From IMG/VR virus record IMGVR_UViG_3300020045_013880, positions 140 to 64,139 of that record: DNA of 64,000 nt. One strand, 5' to 3'. A program made the position numbers and the translations under genes. Origin of the DNA: a virus. The notes beneath the pieces are model-generated. The model did not search any database. It worked only from the letters and a program-made list of their open reading frames with translations, and was not told where the DNA came from. Below, one piece after another: positions 60,979 through 64,000 of the stretch (position 1 is the first letter of the stretch; each line of letters opens with the position of its first letter).

Positions 60979-61850
60979 TGAACTGTAATTTAATAACAAA
61001 CGGCACAAAGTTTTCTACTTGGAACGGAGCAGGAGCAGGTGCTACAATAGAATCTGGGATTTTAATAAATCAACCATTTGAATCTTGGAATTTTGGTTGG
61101 GGTGGTTTTAGAATCATCAAAGTAATAAAATATAAGTCAGATGGAAAAACTCCTGATTGGTTTGAGGTTAGAGGAAAAGATGCTTACAAAAATTTTACTC
61201 CTTTAGCTACTGGTATTGATGGAACTGAGGTTGATTGTAGCAATATTCTTGGTAATCTGATTTATTTGAATGTAGATAATACCGTTACAACTGCTACTGG
61301 ATATGTTTTAGATGGAACAGTTTTTAAAGCAGCGGCATTAAGTTGTCCGACTCCAACTATAACTATTTCAACGACTAAACAAGAGTATTCTATTGGCAAT
61401 ACAATAACTTTGTCAGCACAAGTTACAAATTCAACAAGTTATCAATGGTATAAAAATAATTCTATAATAGTTGGTGCAACTTCTTCAACTTATACAAAAA
61501 ATAATTGTACTGTTGTTGATGCTGGAATATATTATTGTAAAGCTGTAAATAGTTGTGGCGGTGGAAGCTCTGATTCTCAGAAAGATTCAAACTATATTAC
61601 TATATCTGTTCTTGAAGGAATAAGATTTAAAATTGATGCTGAAATTGTTGAAGGCAGTCCAATTGGATTAGATAGTCCTTTGGAATACGGTTATCATAGA
61701 ACATCTAATTTGCCGAGTAATGTTTCAAACTGGCAAGATTCAGATATATTTGACTTAGTAGAAGAGGGAAACTATTATTTCTTTGTAAGAATAAAAGCTG
61801 ATACTTCTGCATTTTTTGTCTTATTAGTTAATACAAATACTTTAATATAA
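60978..61850 (+). CDS. Ig-like domain tail protein
   Basis: ITLSA....SYQWYKN...IVGATSSTYT......DAGIYYCKAVN. Confidence 0.8.
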   Translation: MNCNLITNGTKFSTWNGAGAGATIESGILINQPFESWNFGWGGFRIIKVIKYKSDGKTPDWFEVRGKDAYKNFTPLATGIDGTEVDCSNILGNLIYLNVDNTVTTATGYVLDGTVFKAAALSCPTPTITISTTKQEYSIGNTITLSAQVTNSTSYQWYKNNSIIVGATSSTYTKNNCTVVDAGIYYCKAVNSCGGGSSDSQKDSNYITISVLEGIRFKIDAEIVEGSPIGLDSPLEYGYHRTSNLPSNVSNWQDSDIFDLVEEGNYYFFVRIKADTSAFFVLLVNTNTLI

Positions 61851-61851
61851 T

Positions 61852-62274
61852 ATGGCATTTATGAGATTGAATGGGTGGCTAAACGGGTCACTCATTCCTG
61901 TAAATCAACTTCAATTTTCTGTTACAGAAACAAGTGGAGTGTATAATTGGGGTAGTAGTAACCTTATTGAAGTTTCTGATGGGACTTATTATTATGCTAT
62001 AAGAAGAATTTCTGATGGTGCTATAATTGCTAATGGTTCTGAAATAGTTTCTACTCCAAGTGAAAGTACTTTTGAAGGAGTTTTTACAGCCGAAAACGTA
62101 GAGATATTGCAAACGCAACATCAAAAAATAAAAGTAAAAAGTGTTTTAATAACTGATTCTGATGGATATATTTTACCAAATAATCCAAGAATTGGCCAAA
62201 TTGAAGGAGTTGATAAAGAAAATGTTTATATTACTCTTGATGGAGTACAAACTGTAAAAGTTAGAATATCATAA
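61852..62274 (+). CDS. tail-associated protein (putative)
   Basis: W..SN...V..GTYY..IR repeat shared with its neighbours. Confidence 0.5.
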   Translation: MAFMRLNGWLNGSLIPVNQLQFSVTETSGVYNWGSSNLIEVSDGTYYYAIRRISDGAIIANGSEIVSTPSESTFEGVFTAENVEILQTQHQKIKVKSVLITDSDGYILPNNPRIGQIEGVDKENVYITLDGVQTVKVRIS

Positions 62275-62280
62275 ATAAAG

Positions 62281-64000
62281 ATGAAAATGAAAACAATGAT
62301 TAAATTAATCGCACTATTTTTTGTTTTGACTGTTGGATATAGTCAAAAAGTTACAGTAAATGCTGACAAGTACACTATAAAAGGAGTTGGCACAAAGCAA
62401 ACAAAGTTTTATACAAATAAAGCATTTTTTAATACTTTGACAGTTGGTGATACAAGTGTATCACAAACTGAGCCATTTAGAATAACTACTAATTCACGAT
62501 TTGATGGAAAAATTAGCCTAAATGGTAATTATGGAACAGTCGGAACGTATTTTAGAAGTTCTGGAAACAGTGCAAACCCAACTTGGAGTGCTATTGATTG
62601 GTCTGAAATATCAAATAAACCTGTTTTTGGTAATTATGTACCTTTTAGTGGTGGAATAATGAATGGAGAATTATTATTGAATAATTCTATAAGAGTTGGA
62701 GGAAGGTTTGGAAGTGTATGGCTTGGTAAAAACGCATTAATTAGTCATACTTTTGGAAGTTTCAATACTGCAATAGGTGATGAATCATTGCCATTGTTGT
62801 CTGGTGCAAATTATAATACTGCTTTAGGTGCGACTACTTTAAATAAAAATACAGCAAGTGGAAATACAGCAATTGGTGGTGCTTCAATGTCAAGTAATAC
62901 TACTGGCCAATATAATACTGCACTTGGAATAAGTAGCTTATCAAATAATATTACAGGTGGTTACAATGTAGCTATTGGCTCTTATGCAGGTCAATATAAT
63001 TTAGGCACAGGAAATACATTTCTTGGTGGATATACAGCAACGAGTGAAAGAACTCGACAAAATAGTATGTTTCTTGGAAATGGAAGCGGTGCATTACATA
63101 TTTTTGGAGACAGCTTGAATAATATTGGAATCGGAACAACTCGTCCTAAAACCAAACTTCAAATTAATTATGATAATTCTATTTCTTATGTAAGTAATTA
63201 CCCTTCTGGTTATGGAAATATTCATTTACAGCCAATTGGTACAGGCTCAACAGGTATTTCTTTTGGAGCAAATACAACAAGTGGAGGTACAACATCGGTA
63301 GTAAATGCAGGTATTCATGTTGCAAGTAACATTTCTTATGGTACTCGAATGAGGTTTTCAACATCAAATAATCTTACAAATGGTGCATTAAGTAGAATGA
63401 TAATTGATGAAAATGGAAAAGTTGGAATTGGAAATGATACACCTGCTGAAATGTTAGATATTACTGGGAATTTAAAAGTTTCAGCAGAAATAAGAAATAC
63501 TTATCTTGGTTCTGGAATTGTTCATAGTTCTTCTATTGGTACTTTTTCTTCTTCTTTGATTGTAAATCAAGATATAGCAACAGGTGCAAATATAGATGCT
63601 TCAAAACTTAGTACAGGAGAAGTAAGCAACACAGAGTTTAATTATTTAGATGGATTAACTGGAAGCATAATTTCTACTTATGCCCCTATATCAAACGCAA
63701 CATTTACTGGCAACACTATTACAAATAATCTATTTGCAAATTCTTTTACTCTTAATACAGGAAGTTCTTTATTAAACAAGATTCTAACATCAGATGAAAA
63801 TGGTGTTGGTACTTGGCAAGCAAATAAAGCTGTTACAGGATTATCTTACAATGCAGGTTCTTTTGGATGGACTGAAAATGGAGATAGTTTTATGACTCCG
63901 TTGTTAGCAACTAAAACTGGGTTAGATGGAAAAGCTGGATTAGTAGAAAATAATAGTTTTACAGGCACAAATACTTTCCTAAATACAGTTACAATAGCAA
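62281..64000 (+). CDS. tail fibre/adhesin-like protein, N-terminal part (runs off the window)
   Basis: No stop seen from ATG 62281 to the window end; signal peptide, NTA(I/L)G beta-roll repeats, GIG repeats. Confidence 0.75.
   Translation, partial: MKMKTMIKLIALFFVLTVGYSQKVTVNADKYTIKGVGTKQTKFYTNKAFFNTLTVGDTSVSQTEPFRITTNSRFDGKISLNGNYGTVGTYFRSSGNSANPTWSAIDWSEISNKPVFGNYVPFSGGIMNGELLLNNSIRVGGRFGSVWLGKNALISHTFGSFNTAIGDESLPLLSGANYNTALGATTLNKNTASGNTAIGGASMSSNTTGQYNTALGISSLSNNITGGYNVAIGSYAGQYNLGTGNTFLGGYTATSERTRQNSMFLGNGSGALHIFGDSLNNIGIGTTRPKTKLQINYDNSISYVSNYPSGYGNIHLQPIGTGSTGISFGANTTSGGTTSVVNAGIHVASNISYGTRMRFSTSNNLTNGALSRMIIDENGKVGIGNDTPAEMLDITGNLKVSAEIRNTYLGSGIVHSSSIGTFSSSLIVNQDIATGANIDASKLSTGEVSNTEFNYLDGLTGSIISTYAPISNATFTGNTITNNLFANSFTLNTGSSLLNKILTSDENGVGTWQANKAVTGLSYNAGSFGWTENGDSFMTPLLATKTGLDGKAGLVENNSFTGTNTFLNTVTIA

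Overview
AT-rich window that looks like almost the whole genome of a tailed dsDNA phage, probably a siphovirus. The host is probably in Bacteroidota, judged from TTG-N19/20-TAnnTTTG-type promoters and signal peptides ending in Q. The window starts and ends in what may be one tail-fibre-like gene, so the genome is probably circularly permuted and only a little longer than 64 kb. Layout: tail fibre, lysis and a putative tail tube (1-5.2 kb, +); replication and DNA-modification operon (5.3-15.5 kb, -); rightward recombination and accessory genes (15.7-39.1 kb, +) with a four-tRNA cluster on the minus strand; packaging, head and tail operon (39.5-64 kb, +). The main finding is an array at 19.6-24.0 kb of nine 68-90 bp imperfect palindromes bounded by TYCCAAC...GTTGGAD, nearly all just after the stop codon of a small same-strand gene. 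This is the layout of integron attC cassettes, yet no integrase is visible, and a second conserved motif (GTCGCC) lies 38-42 bp after the GTT. Other notable features are seven genes each broken by one clean in-frame TAA/TAG, a thrice-repeated hairpin-plus-promoter module, two atypical tRNAs and a tail-fibre-like protein with a signal peptide. All product calls come from motifs read by eye and gene order; no database searches were run.
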